DNA of 64,000 bases from Octopus sinensis. Taxonomy: Eukaryota. The stretch covers positions 23,808,001-23,872,000 of the forward strand of contig NC_043010.1 in NCBI RefSeq assembly GCF_006345805.1, given 5' to 3'. The position numbers and the translations under genes are program-made. The notes beneath the pieces were generated by a model. That model worked only from the letters and a program-made list of their open reading frames with translations. It was not told where the DNA came from and ran no database searches. Positions within the stretch are counted from its first letter, which is position 1. The number at the start of each line of letters is the position of its first letter. Positions 27,575-41,429 of the stretch are shown piece after piece.

Positions 27575-27876
27575 AGGGAACGAATTAGCTTACCCCTTTC
27601 TGGTTTTAAGAAACCTATTTCCTCAAGATTGGTATTTAGGCAATGCGTTACATATCCCAGGACCCCAATAATTACAGGCATAAACCTGAACTTGTAATCT
27701 GGATAGAGTAACTGCAGATTTCTCAATAGTTCAGCATAGGTGTTCTCTTTTTCACTTATCTTCAGCTCTATGTTAATATCCGTTGAGCAGCTAATTTCCA
27801 CAATTGTGCACAGTTTCCCTTTTCTCTCCCAAATCATATCAGGTCTGTTGCGCTTACATTTTATTGAGGTCTTCAC
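27575..27876 (-). pseudogene. Restriction-like endonuclease (RLE) domain fragment of an R4/Dong-type LINE
   Basis: NRPDMIW...CTIVEISCSTDINIELKISEKENTY..L....PVIIGVLG matches the PD..D/E..K-type RLE motif. Confidence 0.75.
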
Positions 27877-28472
27877 TGGGCCATTCCACTAGCATTCCCT
27901 TTTATTATGAATGGCTATGTATGTATGTATGTATGTATGCATGCATACATGCATGTATGTATATGCATTATATATGTATTTTATGAGTATTTATGTCCGT
28001 AGGTAGGTCGATATAATGGTATATTTGTATATACATTCTCTAAAACGTGGAATACCAAAATCTATTCAAACTTTTCTACATTTCTGTAGTTTATATCAGT
28101 GTCGATGAAACCAAACCAGTTTTAAGATTCTTGAAGACAATCTACACAATTCGCTTCGCCATTGAATGCTTCGCGCACGTGCATGTGAATGCATGTGTGC
28201 GCACCTGTACTTGTGCGTGCGTGTATCGATGTATGTTTGTGCGGTCTTCGAATAGTGCTTTTCTTTTTCCTTTTTTTTCTTTTTTAATTATCTCTTGGTA
28301 ATAGCTTTTCCACCTTTATACGTGTTGCTGCCTTAAATCTTCAATATTGGGATACGCCATTTGTTGCGTGACACAAAACATATTTAGGAAATATAATAAA
28401 TTAATTAGGATTGCACGTTGCGTGCGTGTCTATATATATATAGGTGTATGTGTGCGTGTATGTCTGTGTGTG

Positions 28473-28514
<42 letters not shown>

Positions 28515-28832
28515 CATATACACACATGCACGCAGACACACATAACGCGCATGTACTGTGTTTAAAACGGTCACCTGTTATTGACAAACTAGTTATCGCT
28601 TCTACACCAACTGAACCTACTCTCCACGGAACAATCGAAACCAGGAAGCCGTTGCTTCGTTGCTTAACTGACATGCTAGAAGAAGCAACCAAGTCTCCCT
28701 CATACCACACTACATACTCTTTTGTCAATAAAGCAAATAGAGAACAACACTTTCGATAATTTAATACCGGTTACGATGCCACTTAATTTACTGTACACTA
28801 ACAGCAGCAGCAGCAGCAGCAGTAGCAGTAGC

Positions 28833-28864
<32 letters not shown>

Positions 28865-29078
28865 ATATGTTATTATTTTTGCTGTGGTGGTGGTGGTGAT
28901 GGTTGCGGTAGTAATAATAGTAGAAGTGGCGGGGGTCACAGCAGCAGTAGTTGTACTACTGCTAGTACTAATGCTGCTGCTATTACTACTTCTACTACTG
29001 CTACTACTACAATAGGGCGGGGAATGTGTGTGTGCGTGGGGAGGAACATTGTTGCAAACCTATTTGAGATATTAATTT

Positions 29079-29178
29079 NNNNNNNNNNNNNNNNNNNNNN
29101 NNNNNNNNNNNNNNNNNNNNNNNNNNNNNNNNNNNNNNNNNNNNNNNNNNNNNNNNNNNNNNNNNNNNNNNNNNNNNN
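29079..29178. other. Assembly gap (100 N)
   Basis: Run of N. Confidence 1.
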
Positions 29179-29559
29179 ACCATAAATATTAAAGATGTAT
29201 AGGTATATACTACACACCTTCATACATACACATGCATATATGTTCGCGCGCACGGGTGTATATGTATGTGTATGTTTGTTAAGACTTCAAGCCAAACTTC
29301 GAAACCAGCGCCACGTTCGACTGGTGCTGCCTGATTGCTAAGCAAGTAAACTTGATGTTGAATTTAAACAACCGCACGCCACGTCAGCAAGTCAGTCAGC
29401 CACAACTATGAGGTTTGAACACCATAGTTTTTCACTTAACAATTTCTTACAAATTGAATAATAAACCATTTTGAGGACCAAAACCGTTAGCACGCTGGGC
29501 AGAATGCTTTGCGGCATTTTGTGCGACATTACATTCTATGTTCGAATTCCTCCAAGATC

Positions 29560-30947
29560 GAAGCACAGCACTGTCCTACCCACTGTCAACCACTCTGGTG
29601 TTACCAGGTCGGTAGTTAACAAGGTGTTGAGTTGTGCAGCTATTCGTGCATGACATTCACCAAATCTTTTGATCCAGTAGCCATGAACTCCATCTGGTGC
29701 ATTCCTGTTGCTCATTTAAAAATTTTTTTTGCTGATTTCCTTCACTCCCTAACTGAAATGACTAGTTCTGCCTGTTTTGGACAGACTACTTTTTGTTTCA
29801 GTTCTTGCAACCATTCAGCATCCTTCTTGTGCTCCTTGTCTTTGGTATCAACTTTTCATCTGTACACCCTCCATTTATTTCTTTATAGAATCTTTTCTAA
29901 TCTACACTGAATAACGTTTTCTGATGGTATCCCTTCATTCTTTGGTCTATCTTACCTTTTTTGCTTTCTTTACAACGAGGCGCTGTTTTTTCAGTTCCTT
30001 CCTTACTACTTTCAGGCCCTTTCTTTCAAAATCATACGTCCTGTCCAGTGCCCTGTATTTTTGTTAGCTTTTAAACCCCACTTCTCCTTTCGGTCTAACA
30101 CAGAAATGTCGTTCAAGAGCATATCTAACCCGCCTGTATTCTTCTTTTCTCCCATGGATCTTTTCTTTTGTCACTCCCATTATATATCTTTTTCTTGACA
30201 TCAACACCCATATTTTCTGCTACGACAATACTTGCTGCCTTGATCAAACTGTTTGTTTCTGTGATGTTTTTTGTTCTGATGTATTTCAGAATCTCATTCC
30301 CATGTTTCGTGTCTTGGTTCAATTCCACTGATCAACCTTTTTAAGGTTGCAAATAATGTCACTATCATTCTCCTGTAGCCTTGCCTTTATTCTGTCGTAG
30401 ATTGCCTTTTGTTCATCTGACATATCACCATTAGTTTTAGTGTCTTCCTCCAACTATTTATATGCCTCTCATCGAGCAAGATAATACTGTTCCTTTTCTG
30501 TGGTTTATTAGAGATCTCACCTCTGTTTTTTGCACTGAGATTACTTTTATCAGTAAGGACTGTATTTTCATCTTTTCCTCTGTTGCTGTTTTCCAATACC
30601 CGTCTTTTGAAGGCTTCGAGCTCTACTTCTGTGAACCAACGACTTTTTTCTTATTGCTCTAGCTTGATCACATAATCTCTGTTCCGTGAGTTGAAACAAG
30701 CCTCTTTCTCTCCATTGACCATTCATACGTTGTCGGTATCCCCTAATATGTACATTACTTTCGTCTACGTGATTGCTCAGATAGTAATACTCCATAACCA
30801 CAACATTGACTTGTTTGTTCCATCTACGCCGTGTGTGCTCGTCCATTGCTGGATGACAGTAGGCAGCAGTTGGGCCAGTATCTCTGAGCCTGCCGGGTGC
30901 AACACTGTCACCATCAAGGGCTTCAGTTTCATTACTACCGTGGTTCA
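29560..30947 (-). mobile_element. Degenerate 5' half of an R4/Dong-clade LINE abutting (TAA)n
   Basis: RRRWNKQVNVVVMEYYYLS...GYRQRM..QWRERGLFQLTEQRLCDQARAIRK and NITETNSLIKAASIVVAE..PWEKRRIQ are typical R4/Dong N-terminal blocks. The 5' end joins the (ATT)n tract at 30948-31025. Confidence 0.7.
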
Positions 30948-31029
<82 letters not shown>

Positions 31030-31060
31030 TTCTATATTTAAGAGATGAGGAATTATGTAC

Positions 31061-31318
31061 ATTATTTACATTATTTATATTTGAGGATATTTGTCCTCAT
31101 CTTTTCTGTTGTTAACACTTCACCGACTCCTGCAATTCACATCAGTTCACGCGGATAGCCGCGCTCTTCATCGACGGGGGATCACGCAGATCATCCGTCG
31201 ATGAAGAGCGCGGCTATCCCCCTGAACTGATGCAAATTGCAGGACTCAGGGAAGTGTTAACAACAGACAAGATGAAGACAAATATCCGTAAAATATAAAT
31301 AATATAAATGTAAATAAT
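31061..31318. repeat. Fold-back element, ~120-bp arms with a short loop
   Basis: GGATAGCCGCGCTCTTCATCGACGG / CCGTCGATGAAGAGCGCGGCTATCC is a perfect 25-bp inner stem; outer arms are imperfect. Confidence 0.9.
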
Positions 31319-31589
31319 GATAATTATTGTTGTTGTAGTTGTAGTTGTTGTTGTTGTTGTTGTGGTTGTGGTTGTAGTTGTTAAGGCAGGTAGAATGCTT
31401 CATACCATTTTGTCTCTCATAACGTTCTGAATTAAAAAATCCGCCAAGGTCAACTCTGCTAGTAATCTTTTTTCGGGGTCGATAATATAAGTACCAGTTA
31501 AGCATTGGGGTCCAATTTCCCCCTAACGAGATATTTCTGCACTTGTGCAGAAATTTTAAACCGGGATTATTATTTTGCTAGTAGATGCT

Positions 31590-32860
31590 AATTTAGTTAG
31601 CAGGTATTTTATCTTCAGACTTAGGGACAAGTTTCCTCAAAATATCAAGAATTTTTCTTCAGATTCTTGCAGAATTTAGAATGGTACAATTCTGCATGTC
31701 GACAATGCGAGTTACTGTTCCAATCTGCTTCAGTCTTTGAGGCAGCATTTCGGGTGTTGTGCTAAGCGGACCAATTACTGCAGGAATAATCGTTGCCTTG
31801 TTCTTCCATAGTCTCCTCAGGTCTCTGATTACATCCTCCTATTTCTCAGTTATTTTTCATTTTCTTTGGTATGAATTCCGGCATCATAGGGAATTGCAAA
31901 TCTATTATGTTACACTGTTTTTTTTTTTGTCCTCTCTGATCATATCCGGTTTTCTTACTATCAACTACACGGTCAGTCTTTATAGGAAAACGCACAAGAT
32001 GTTGTACTTATCATTTTCTTTCACTGCCTCTCTTTTCTATTATTTTGAAGCCCACACACTCGGCTAACATCCCAATATACTCTTTTGCTTACACAGTCAT
32101 GCTTACGTTTACACTCCTTTTGTGCTAGTATACTGCACTCGCTCAAAATGTGGTGGATACTTTCGTTTCATTTCCTGAAGATGCTACATGTGTTGCCTGA
32201 CTGGGTCTTTACTGTATAAAGTTTGTTCTAAGTTTTGTTCCTGAGCGGCTATAATTAGCGTTTTGGTCTCTCACCTCAGGTTCCCATCCGTCAGCCAGCA
32301 GTCCTTCACTTCTGTTATTCTTGATTTGTTGCATGAATTGGTCATTTAGTCCCTTCTCTTCCCATCTGTTTGCGTTGTTGTTCTTTCTTTACCCCTTCAA
32401 TTCTTTTACTGTGTCGGTCACTTTTGGGTATCTTTGGCTACCGATGGCATTCTTTCTTTACTCTGCGCAAAATTATTTTCCACGTCCAAAATCGCACAAC
32501 TAATCGATTCATCTGCATTTAGTAATACTCTACCACCTTCATTTCTTCGTATGCAGAGTCGGTTGATATTATTATTTTTAGGATGGAGTACATTATACGT
32601 CGTGAGTAGCTTTCTAGTTCTTCTGTCCAAGTTCTGGAGTTCGACTTTTGTCCATTTCAGAAAGGGATCAGAGTATCTCAATACGGGCATAGCCCAAGTT
32701 TTTGTGGCTTTAATGATGTTCCCGTCATTTAATTTTATTTCGAGCACCTTCCTTATTCTCCTTTTGTACTCTTTATTGACTTTCTCTCTCATTTCTCCTT
32801 CCATTATCCTATTGTCGTGTGGCTTCCTCTCAGCAGCGATTTAATGATGTCTTATGATAA
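31590..32860 (-). mobile_element. Degenerate 3' half of an R4/Dong-clade LINE (RT thumb to RLE region)
   Basis: KEYKRRIRKVLEIKLNDGNIIKATKTWAMPVLRYS..WTKVELQNLDRRTRKLL..LHPK..RLCIRRNEGGRVL. Confidence 0.75.
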
Positions 32861-33341
32861 ATTGATGTCATCTGAGTTTACCTTCCGGCCTCTCTACTAT
32901 TATCATTAATACGCAATTAGAATAGCGCGATATAGAATAAAGCACAAAATGACTTTCTTTATTGAACTGAACGGCGTTTCAAGGTTGTGTCCCTTTTCGT
33001 AATGTTCGAAATAGGATGAGAATGTTGAGAGGTGAAAAATACACAGAAATGCTGAAATTTAAAACTTCAAGTGGATGACCCTGCATCCCAACTTATGCCA
33101 AAAACATATCCAAGTTTCGCTTGTTTGTCACTGGTTAAAACAAGGAAAAAAAACAAGAAAAATAAAAGAAAAATGGGAAGAGAACTCTTACTCAAAAAGT
33201 TTTATATAAATCTAATGGAATTCTCCAGTCATTTTGTTCATAACTCTACTCAAGAATGAGTTTATATAAAAAATATATATTAATATTACGATGTATTTGC
33301 ATTGCAAGTGACCTGATCTGAGATCGTGTACTGGAACGAAA

Positions 33342-33615
33342 ACAATTGCAGCGTGGAAGGTTATAAGCCATTTAAAAACCCACAAAAACCGTTAGATTCA
33401 CTTTAAAATTTATATTTAATTTGCCAAAATATTTTCGTCGCTTTCAGATCGCGACATGTTCACAGCTGAGATACAGCACGAAATTTTGTCAGTGAACAGG
33501 TCGCGGTCTCAAAGCGACGAAAATATTTTGGCAAATTAAATTTAAATTCTGAAGGGAATCTAACGGTTTTGTGTGTTTTTAAATAGCTTATAAACACCTT
33601 CAACGCTGCAATTGT
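33342..33615. repeat. Fold-back, arms 33342-33463 / 33492-33615
   Basis: Reverse-complement match. A single-arm relative lies at ~46190-46280. Confidence 0.85.
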
Positions 33616-33679
33616 CTTGTATATTAATATATAAGAGGCTAATATATTAGCGCTAAGCAGTGACAAGTATAAAGGTAAT

Positions 33680-34202
33680 ATTATTACCAGTCCAAATATG
33701 CTTGAGACACGTTCGAGCTGGGGAACAAGTAATTCACTGTGTTTTGTCATAGAGAAAATCTCTCGCTGTTGACAAATGGTGTGGATATACCTTGATCATT
33801 TCGCAGCGCCACCTACTTAGACTGTGAGCTGCTGGCATCGAACGTACCTCAAGCATATTTGGACTGGTAATAACATTGCATTTACACCTATCGCTGCTTA
33901 GTGCTTCTCCTCCGTAATTTGCTTACGGTCAGCCGCCGCATTGCGCTATCACCAGGAAAAGCACAAGGGAGACAATCTCTTTGATCAGTATGGAGGATCA
34001 CTTGCCTGGTGTCTGTGGCCGAAGAGGATACAACTGCACAGAAATGCTGGCATCTCACAGTCAAGTTAGTTGGCGCTGTGAACTGACCTAGATGTATCCA
34101 CGCCATTTGTCAACAGCGAGAAATTTTCTCCATGATAAAATACAGCGAGGGCCTTGTTCCCCAGTTCGAGCGTGCCTCAAGCAAATTTGAACTGGTAATA
34201 AT
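33680..34202. mobile_element. MITE-like element with ~155-bp imperfect inverted arms (33680-33836 / 34046-34202)
   Basis: ATTATTACCAGTCCAAATATGCTTGAG ... CTCAAGCAAATTTGAACTGGTAATAAT. Extra terminus copies at 33848-33872 and 34871-34887. Confidence 0.65.
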
Positions 34203-34254
34203 TATTTCAAATTGTTGTCACTAGGGCAGCTTGGAGGAGATGAAAATTACACCC

Positions 34255-34441
34255 ACCCCCCAGTCTTCAGCTGATACTTATTATCATGACCACGAAAGGA
34301 TGAAAGGCAAAGTAGACCTTTGTGGAATTTGAACTCAGAACGTAGAGACTGGCGAAAAACTGCTAAGCATTTCGTCCAGCTTGCTAACGATTCCGCCAGC
34401 TCACCGATTGTATCATTATCATTATCATTATTATTATTATA

Positions 34442-34474
<33 letters not shown>

Positions 34475-34868
34475 TCTACTCTAGGCAAAAGGCCTTGAAA
34501 ATGTTGGGGAAGGGGGCTAGTCGACTATATCGACACCAATACGTAACTGGTGCTTATTTCCTCGAACCCGAAAGGATGGAAGGCAAAGTCGACCTCGCCG
34601 GAAATTGAACTCAGAACGTAAAGACAAATGAAATATCTATTTCTTCACTACCCACAAGGGGCTACAACTGAGAGGACAAACAAGGACAGACAAACGGATT
34701 AAGTCGATTATATCGACCCCAGTGCGTAACTGGTACTTATTTAATCGATCCCGAAAGGATGAAAGGCAAAGTCGACATCGGCGGAATTTGAACACAAAAC
34801 GTAGCGGCAGACGAAATACCGCTAAGCATTTCGTCCGGCGTGCTTACATTTCTGCTAGCTGGCCGCCT
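34255..34868 (-). mobile_element. Cluster of three family A SINE copies
   Basis: Three AAAGGATG.AAGGCAAAGT.GAC blocks. Tx1-like tail on the minus strand at ~34640-34690. Confidence 0.85.
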
Positions 34869-35271
34869 TCATTTGGACTGGTAATATTATTGCACAAATA
34901 TATTTATTTTGATATATCGAAAAGAACAGAAATGGAGCAATAAATATCAATGAGAAGTTGATCATTGGTACGAAAAGTTCATAGATGAATTGTAGTTCAG
35001 AACCATTTACAGCTGTTTCTGTTTATCAAATCGAAGTAAATTTGCATTTATCTCGTTCCATTTAAGGAACATCGTCAGAATGATTTAGAAGAATATCAAT
35101 AGGAGAAAAAGGGAAATGAAAGAAGAGGAAAAGCGTAAAAGAAAATGGGAAAAGTTTGTTTATTTTCATATATTCTGCGAGTTGAAAATTTGTGGAGACA
35201 GAATACTTTCTATCCATGGGTACTTGGAGGCGTTCGTCAAAATTATAGTTGTTTTATTCTTTTTTATTTTT

Positions 35272-35915
35272 ATCTTTTACTTGTTTCAGTCATTAAACTG
35301 CACCCATGCTGGTGCACCGTCGTGAAGAATTTTACTCGAATGAATCGACTCGCAATACGTTTTTGCTAAAGTCTGGTAATTATTTTATCGGTGTCTTTTT
35401 TCAAAACTGTTGAGTTACAAACACGGACACAAAAATAATCACTCACACACACACATACACACACAAACACTCTCACACACACGTTCATACACAGTCACGC
35501 ACACACTCACATACACACACACGCACACGCATACACATACACTCACACACTCACTCACTCTCACACAATCACACGCACACACTTCCACAAACAAACACAC
35601 ACACACGCACATACAGACACACGCATACACACACGCATTAACACACATACACACACACTCACACACATACACACGCATACACACACACTCACACATGCAC
35701 ACATACACATACACACATACACACACACACACACACACATAAATATATATACACGCGACGGGTTTCTTTCAGTTTCATTTTACCAAATCCTGTCACAAGG
35801 CTTTGGTCATCCCGAGGCTTTAGTAGATATATTTGCCGAAGATATCACGAAGTAGGACTGAACCCGGAACCATGTGGTTGGGAAGCAAGCATTTTGCTAC
35901 ACATCTATACCTGCG
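35272..35915 (-). mobile_element. Family C SINE with expanded internal (CA)n tract
   Basis: TTTTACTTGTTTCAGTCA tail and GGACTGAACCCGGAACCATGTGG head bracket a ~330-bp CA-rich tract. Confidence 0.7.
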
Positions 35916-36429
35916 CCTGTTTTAAGTTCAAATTCTAGTGAAGTCAGCTTTGGCTTCCATCCTCCTGCGGTCCCTAAATTTGTAAGACCGCCTCTTCTCG
36001 AATTAGAAACAAATCACAGGTCTTGGATTGGAAATCCCATTACAGAGCCGGTCAAAATGCTTTGCTTAATCGTTCCGGTTATTTCGATTGCGTGATGTTA
36101 AATCCGGCATATCGTGAGCTTTGCTTTTCATCCCTCCAGATTCGATATCATAATGTACCAGTTATATACTGGCGTCGATGTAACCGACTTGGTTCCTATG
36201 CGAATTTTCTGGTCCTCTGCATATTTTTATGACGCGAATGAGGGTAACGGTGTTGTTGTAGTTGATGATGACGATGATGGGGTGGTGATGGTGGTGGTGA
36301 TGGTGATATGGACGATGATGGTGAAGAGGAAAAGGAGGAGGAGAAGGGGATGGGGGAAGGTGACTACAGCGCTACAACAATAAAGAAGACAACGACTACA
36401 AAGACGTCGACGATAACCCCGACAACGAC

Positions 36430-36607
36430 ATATTGAGACTGATGATGATGATGACGATGATGATTATGATGGTGGTGGTGGTTGTGGTGGTGGTGGTGGT
36501 GATGATGATGGTGGTGGTGGTGGTGGTGGTAGTTTTGGTGGTGACGATGATGGTTATGATGATGGTGGTGGTGGTAGTGGTGGTGGTGTTGGTGGAGGTG
36601 GTGGAGG

Positions 36608-36641
<34 letters not shown>

Positions 36642-37110
36642 GGTGGTGATGACGATGATGGTGGTGGTGGTGGTGGTGATGACGATGATGGTGGTGGTGG
36701 TGTTGGTGTTGGTGGTGGTGATGGCGGTGGTGGTGGTGGAGGTGATGATGATGATGATGATGGTAGTGGTGGTTGTGGTGGTGGTGGTGGTGGTGGTGGT
36801 GATAATGATGGTGGTGGTGGGGGTGGTGGTTGGTAGTGGTGATGACGATGATGGCTATGATGATGGTGGTGGTGTTGGTGGTGGTGTGGTGGTGGTGGTG
36901 GTGGTGGTGGTGGTGGTGGAGGTGATAATGATGATGATGATGATGGTAGTGATGGTTGTGGTGGTGGTGGTGGTGATAATGATGGTAGTGGTTGTGGTGG
37001 TGGTGGTAGTGGTGATGACGATGATGGCTATGATGATGGTGGTGGTAGTGGTGGTGGTGTTGGTGTTGGTGTTGGTGGTGGTGGTGGTGGTGGAGGTGAT
37101 GATGATGATA
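36430..37110. repeat. Compound (GGT)n/(GAT)n microsatellite
   Basis: Read directly. It explains the poly-V/M ORF 36433..37359. Confidence 0.95.
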
Positions 37111-39438
37111 CTGTTTGAAATAGAAACGTATGCAGTGATAGCGGCAGCGGCGAGGGCGTTAATGGCGGTGATGGTAGTGACGGTAGCAGAGTTGATGATG
37201 GCGGCGAGGTTGACGGCGATCATGTCCGTGGCGGCGGCGGTGGTAGCGGTGATAGTAGTAGTGGTGGTGGTAGTGGTGGTGGCGTTGCTATTAGCGGTGG
37301 AAGTGTTGGCGCCGATTCCTCTGTTGATGTCTTCAGATCTGCTACATCAAGAAAACTAGTACAGGTAAATGGTGACGAATTAGTTGAAACGATTTAGTGA
37401 CAGATACCACAAGAGCAGCAGCAGTAGCGGCAGCAGCAGCAGTGGCGGTAGCAGCAGTAGCAGCAGTAATTGCAGCGGCAACAAGAACAAGAGAAAATTT
37501 TAAATTAATGATAATTGAAAATATTAGCATCGTAAGAAAAGAAAAGAAGAAGAAGAAGAAGAAGAAGAAGAAGAAGAAGAGAAAAAGAAAAAGAAAAGAA
37601 GAAGAAGAAGAAGAAGAAAAAGAAGAAGAAAGAAAAAAGAAGCAAAAGAAGAAGAAAGAAAAAAGAAGCAAAAGAAGAAGAAAGAAAAAAGAATAAGAAT
37701 AAGAAGAAGATGAAGAAAAAACAGAAAGAAAGAAAAAAGAAGAAGACGAAGAAGAAAACAGAAAGAAGGAAAAAAGAAGACGAAGAAGAAAAGAAGAAAG
37801 GAAGAAGAAAAAGAAGAAGAAAGACAGAAAGAAAGAAAGAAAGAAAGAAGATGAAGAAGAAAATAAAGAAGAAATAAATTGGGATGTGGATAATGATGAT
37901 GATGATGAAGTGAGTGAGGTGGTGGAGTGGTGTGGGAAAGGAAAGTGAAGAATAGGTCCAAGAAATTCGAAAAATGACTAAACGAAGGAAAACTGCAATA
38001 AGAGGCAGAGGTGTTGTTGGTGGTGGTACTTATGCTGGAGCCCAAGGTAAAGGTGACGGCGGTGATGATGAGGGTGGGGGTGGGAGTGGGTCAGGTGGTG
38101 TTGGTGTTCTTGGTGGTGGTAGTGATGGTGGTGGTGGTGGTAGCGGTAGTAGTGTTACTGTTGCAGATGGTGGTGCTGGTGGTGGTGGTGGTGGTAGTGG
38201 TTATAGTGGTAGCGATGATGTCTGAGGTGTTTTCGGTGGCTGTGGTGGTGATAGTGGTGGGAGCAGCGGTTAATTGTTATTGTTGTTGTTGTCGTTGTTG
38301 CTGGCGGTAATGTTCATTATGATGATGATGAGGTTGGAAACGATTGTGACGTACATAGTGACGAAGAGATTTGACAATGTTAAAGGTGAGGAGAATTGAA
38401 GTGGACGACGATGACGCTGGTGATGATTATGATGACGATGATGATAATGATGATGGTGGTGGTGGGGATGATGATGATGATGATCATGATGATGATCATG
38501 AAAAGATAATGATGGTGAGAAAACCGACTACGATGGAGATGAGTTTTGAGGTAAGAGCAAGACAAGGAGAGAAAACAAAAGTGAGGCTGAAGGAGAGAGA
38601 TAGAGAGAAAGAACAAGAAAGATAGAGGGGCGGACCGAGAGGTGGAGGGGAAAGGCTGTGCTATTTGTTTATTTATTTATTATATTGTTGTTGCTGTCGT
38701 CGTCGTCGTCGTTGTTGTTGTTGTTATTGTTGATGTTGTTAAGTTGTTTGATCTTTCTTCACATGTACATTGCCGCAGGCCAAAATGATGGCTGAAACAA
38801 CAAAAACAACAACAACAAAAGCAGCAGCAGCAGCAATATCTGGATAGCACATGTTAACACACATACACACGCACATGTATAAGCATCACAGAAAAAATTA
38901 AACACACACATAACCAAATATGAATAGATACATACATACATACATAACACACACACACACACACACACACGGATATATGTGTGTGTACGTGTGTGTGTGT
39001 TGTGTGTGTTTGCGGAGATTTGTGTATGCCTGCATACAAACAACTTACAACATACAACACACATATGTGTATACGTGTATGTCTGTATACACACAGGCAG
39101 AGCTAAATACATACCTTGACTCATACATATATATACATACATACAATGTACATGAAATATATATATATATATATATATACACATACAATTATATGCATAT
39201 ATATGTATATATATACATATGTGTATGTATATGTATATACATATATGTATATATATATAAATATATATATATATATGTATATATATATGTATATACATAT
39301 ATGTATATATATATATATATAAATATATATATATGTATATATATATACATATATATGTATATATGTATGCATATATATATATATATATGTATGTATATAT
39401 ACATATATATATATGTATATATATATGTATACATATAA

Positions 39439-39482
<44 letters not shown>

Positions 39483-39842
39483 GCCAATAAAGGTAATACC
39501 CATACTTATTTACTTTCATACGCACGTAGAAACTCGTATACGCATAGACGAAAACATACTCGCGCATAGGTATAGAGCTATCTTTTCACGAATGTTTATC
39601 AATGTATGTATGTATGTATGTATGTATGTATGTATGTGCGCATGTCTGTATAAGTAAATATAGGTTTGTGTGTGTTTGTGTATACCTAGGTCCTCACACA
39701 CGCGCGTGCGCACTCACAAATTCACAGAAACACACATATATACCACATATATACATAAATACATACGCTCTGACACATAAATACATACACTCGGACATAT
39801 GTACATATACATATATATCGAAATATATATTCATTTATTTAT

Positions 39843-39881
<39 letters not shown>

Positions 39882-40785
39882 TATGTATTGTGTTTGTTAG
39901 TCTGCTTACGACAGTATATGCATATATATATGGCTTTACATACAAATGCATTTGTACGTTTTGTCATTCAGGTGTGTTTGTTTGAATATGGGTACACGTG
40001 TGTGTCCATGCATGTTTCAATGTATATATATGTATATGTATATATGTATATATGTATATGTATGCATGTATACATATGTACCTAAGTATATGTGCATGTA
40101 CATGTGTATGTATATATAAGCACCTTTGTACGTATATATTAATACACCTGATCTCTCTCTCTCTCTCTCCATGTATGAGTGTAATATGAGCGCGCACCAT
40201 AATTTGTCATGAAGTGTGCGTGCGTCTGTTAGTATAAACTGTGTCGTGTGTGTGTGTGTGGTTGTGTGCGTGTATGTGTTTGAATCGGTGTGTTTATGTG
40301 TGTATATGTATGCATGTGCAAGTGTGTGTGCGTGTGTGTAAGTAGGCATATCACTGAATCAAAATAGAAGAAGAAGAAGAAGAAGAAGAAGAAGAAGAAA
40401 AGAAGAAGAAGAAAAAGAAGGTAACGATGACGAAAGAAGATATGATTTAGCGATGAGATATAACAGAGGGGTAGGGGTAGAGTTGTGGCAGAAGTACGTG
40501 TTACTGAAATTGTGTGTGTGAGCGTGTGTGCGTGTGAGTGTGTGCGTGTGCGTGTGTGTGTGTGGGTGTGTGTGTATGCGTGTGTGAGTGTGTGTTTGTG
40601 AGGGTGTGTGTGTGTGTGTGCATGTGTGCTATAAGGGTGGTGTGGTGGAGTGGTGGAATGGTGGTACTCGAATATTATTGTGATGGAATTAAGAGGACAA
40701 AATGAGAAATGGTAAGAATTAGAAAACGAAATCCTAAACAAAAAATAATACAAATTCTGAAGACAGCAAAATTTATATAAATGAA

Positions 40786-40818
<33 letters not shown>

Positions 40819-41290
40819 TGTATGTATGTTTGTATGTTTGTATGTATGTATGTATGTATGTATGTATGTCTATACACATAAAAGCGTGTACACGCACACA
40901 CACACGCACACTCATATGTATGTATGCATGGTGTGGATGTGTATGTCTACTGAAACAAATACGCAATGTAAAAAAAAAATCTTATTGATTTCTAACTTAT
41001 TAAGAATGATAACCGAAGATCTGGATATAATTAAATGCAAAAATTGAAAAGGAACTTTAATATGGATATATATATATACGTGAGTGTGTGTGTGTGTGAG
41101 AGAGAGAGAGGGGGGAGAGAGAAAAGGATAGAGAAAAGTTTCTAAAATTTCAAGCAAGTTAGATAGTGTCTTAGATTAAGAAGCTACATAGGCATATTGG
41201 TGGTGGGGGGCATAGCTAGTGGTATATGTATATGTGTATGTGTATATATAAATATATACAGATATATAAATATATATACATATATATATA

Positions 41291-41429
<139 letters not shown>

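Noticed and set aside
36433-37359. 308-aa ORF
   Set aside because: Translation of GGT/GAT microsatellites (poly-V/M); no domain content.
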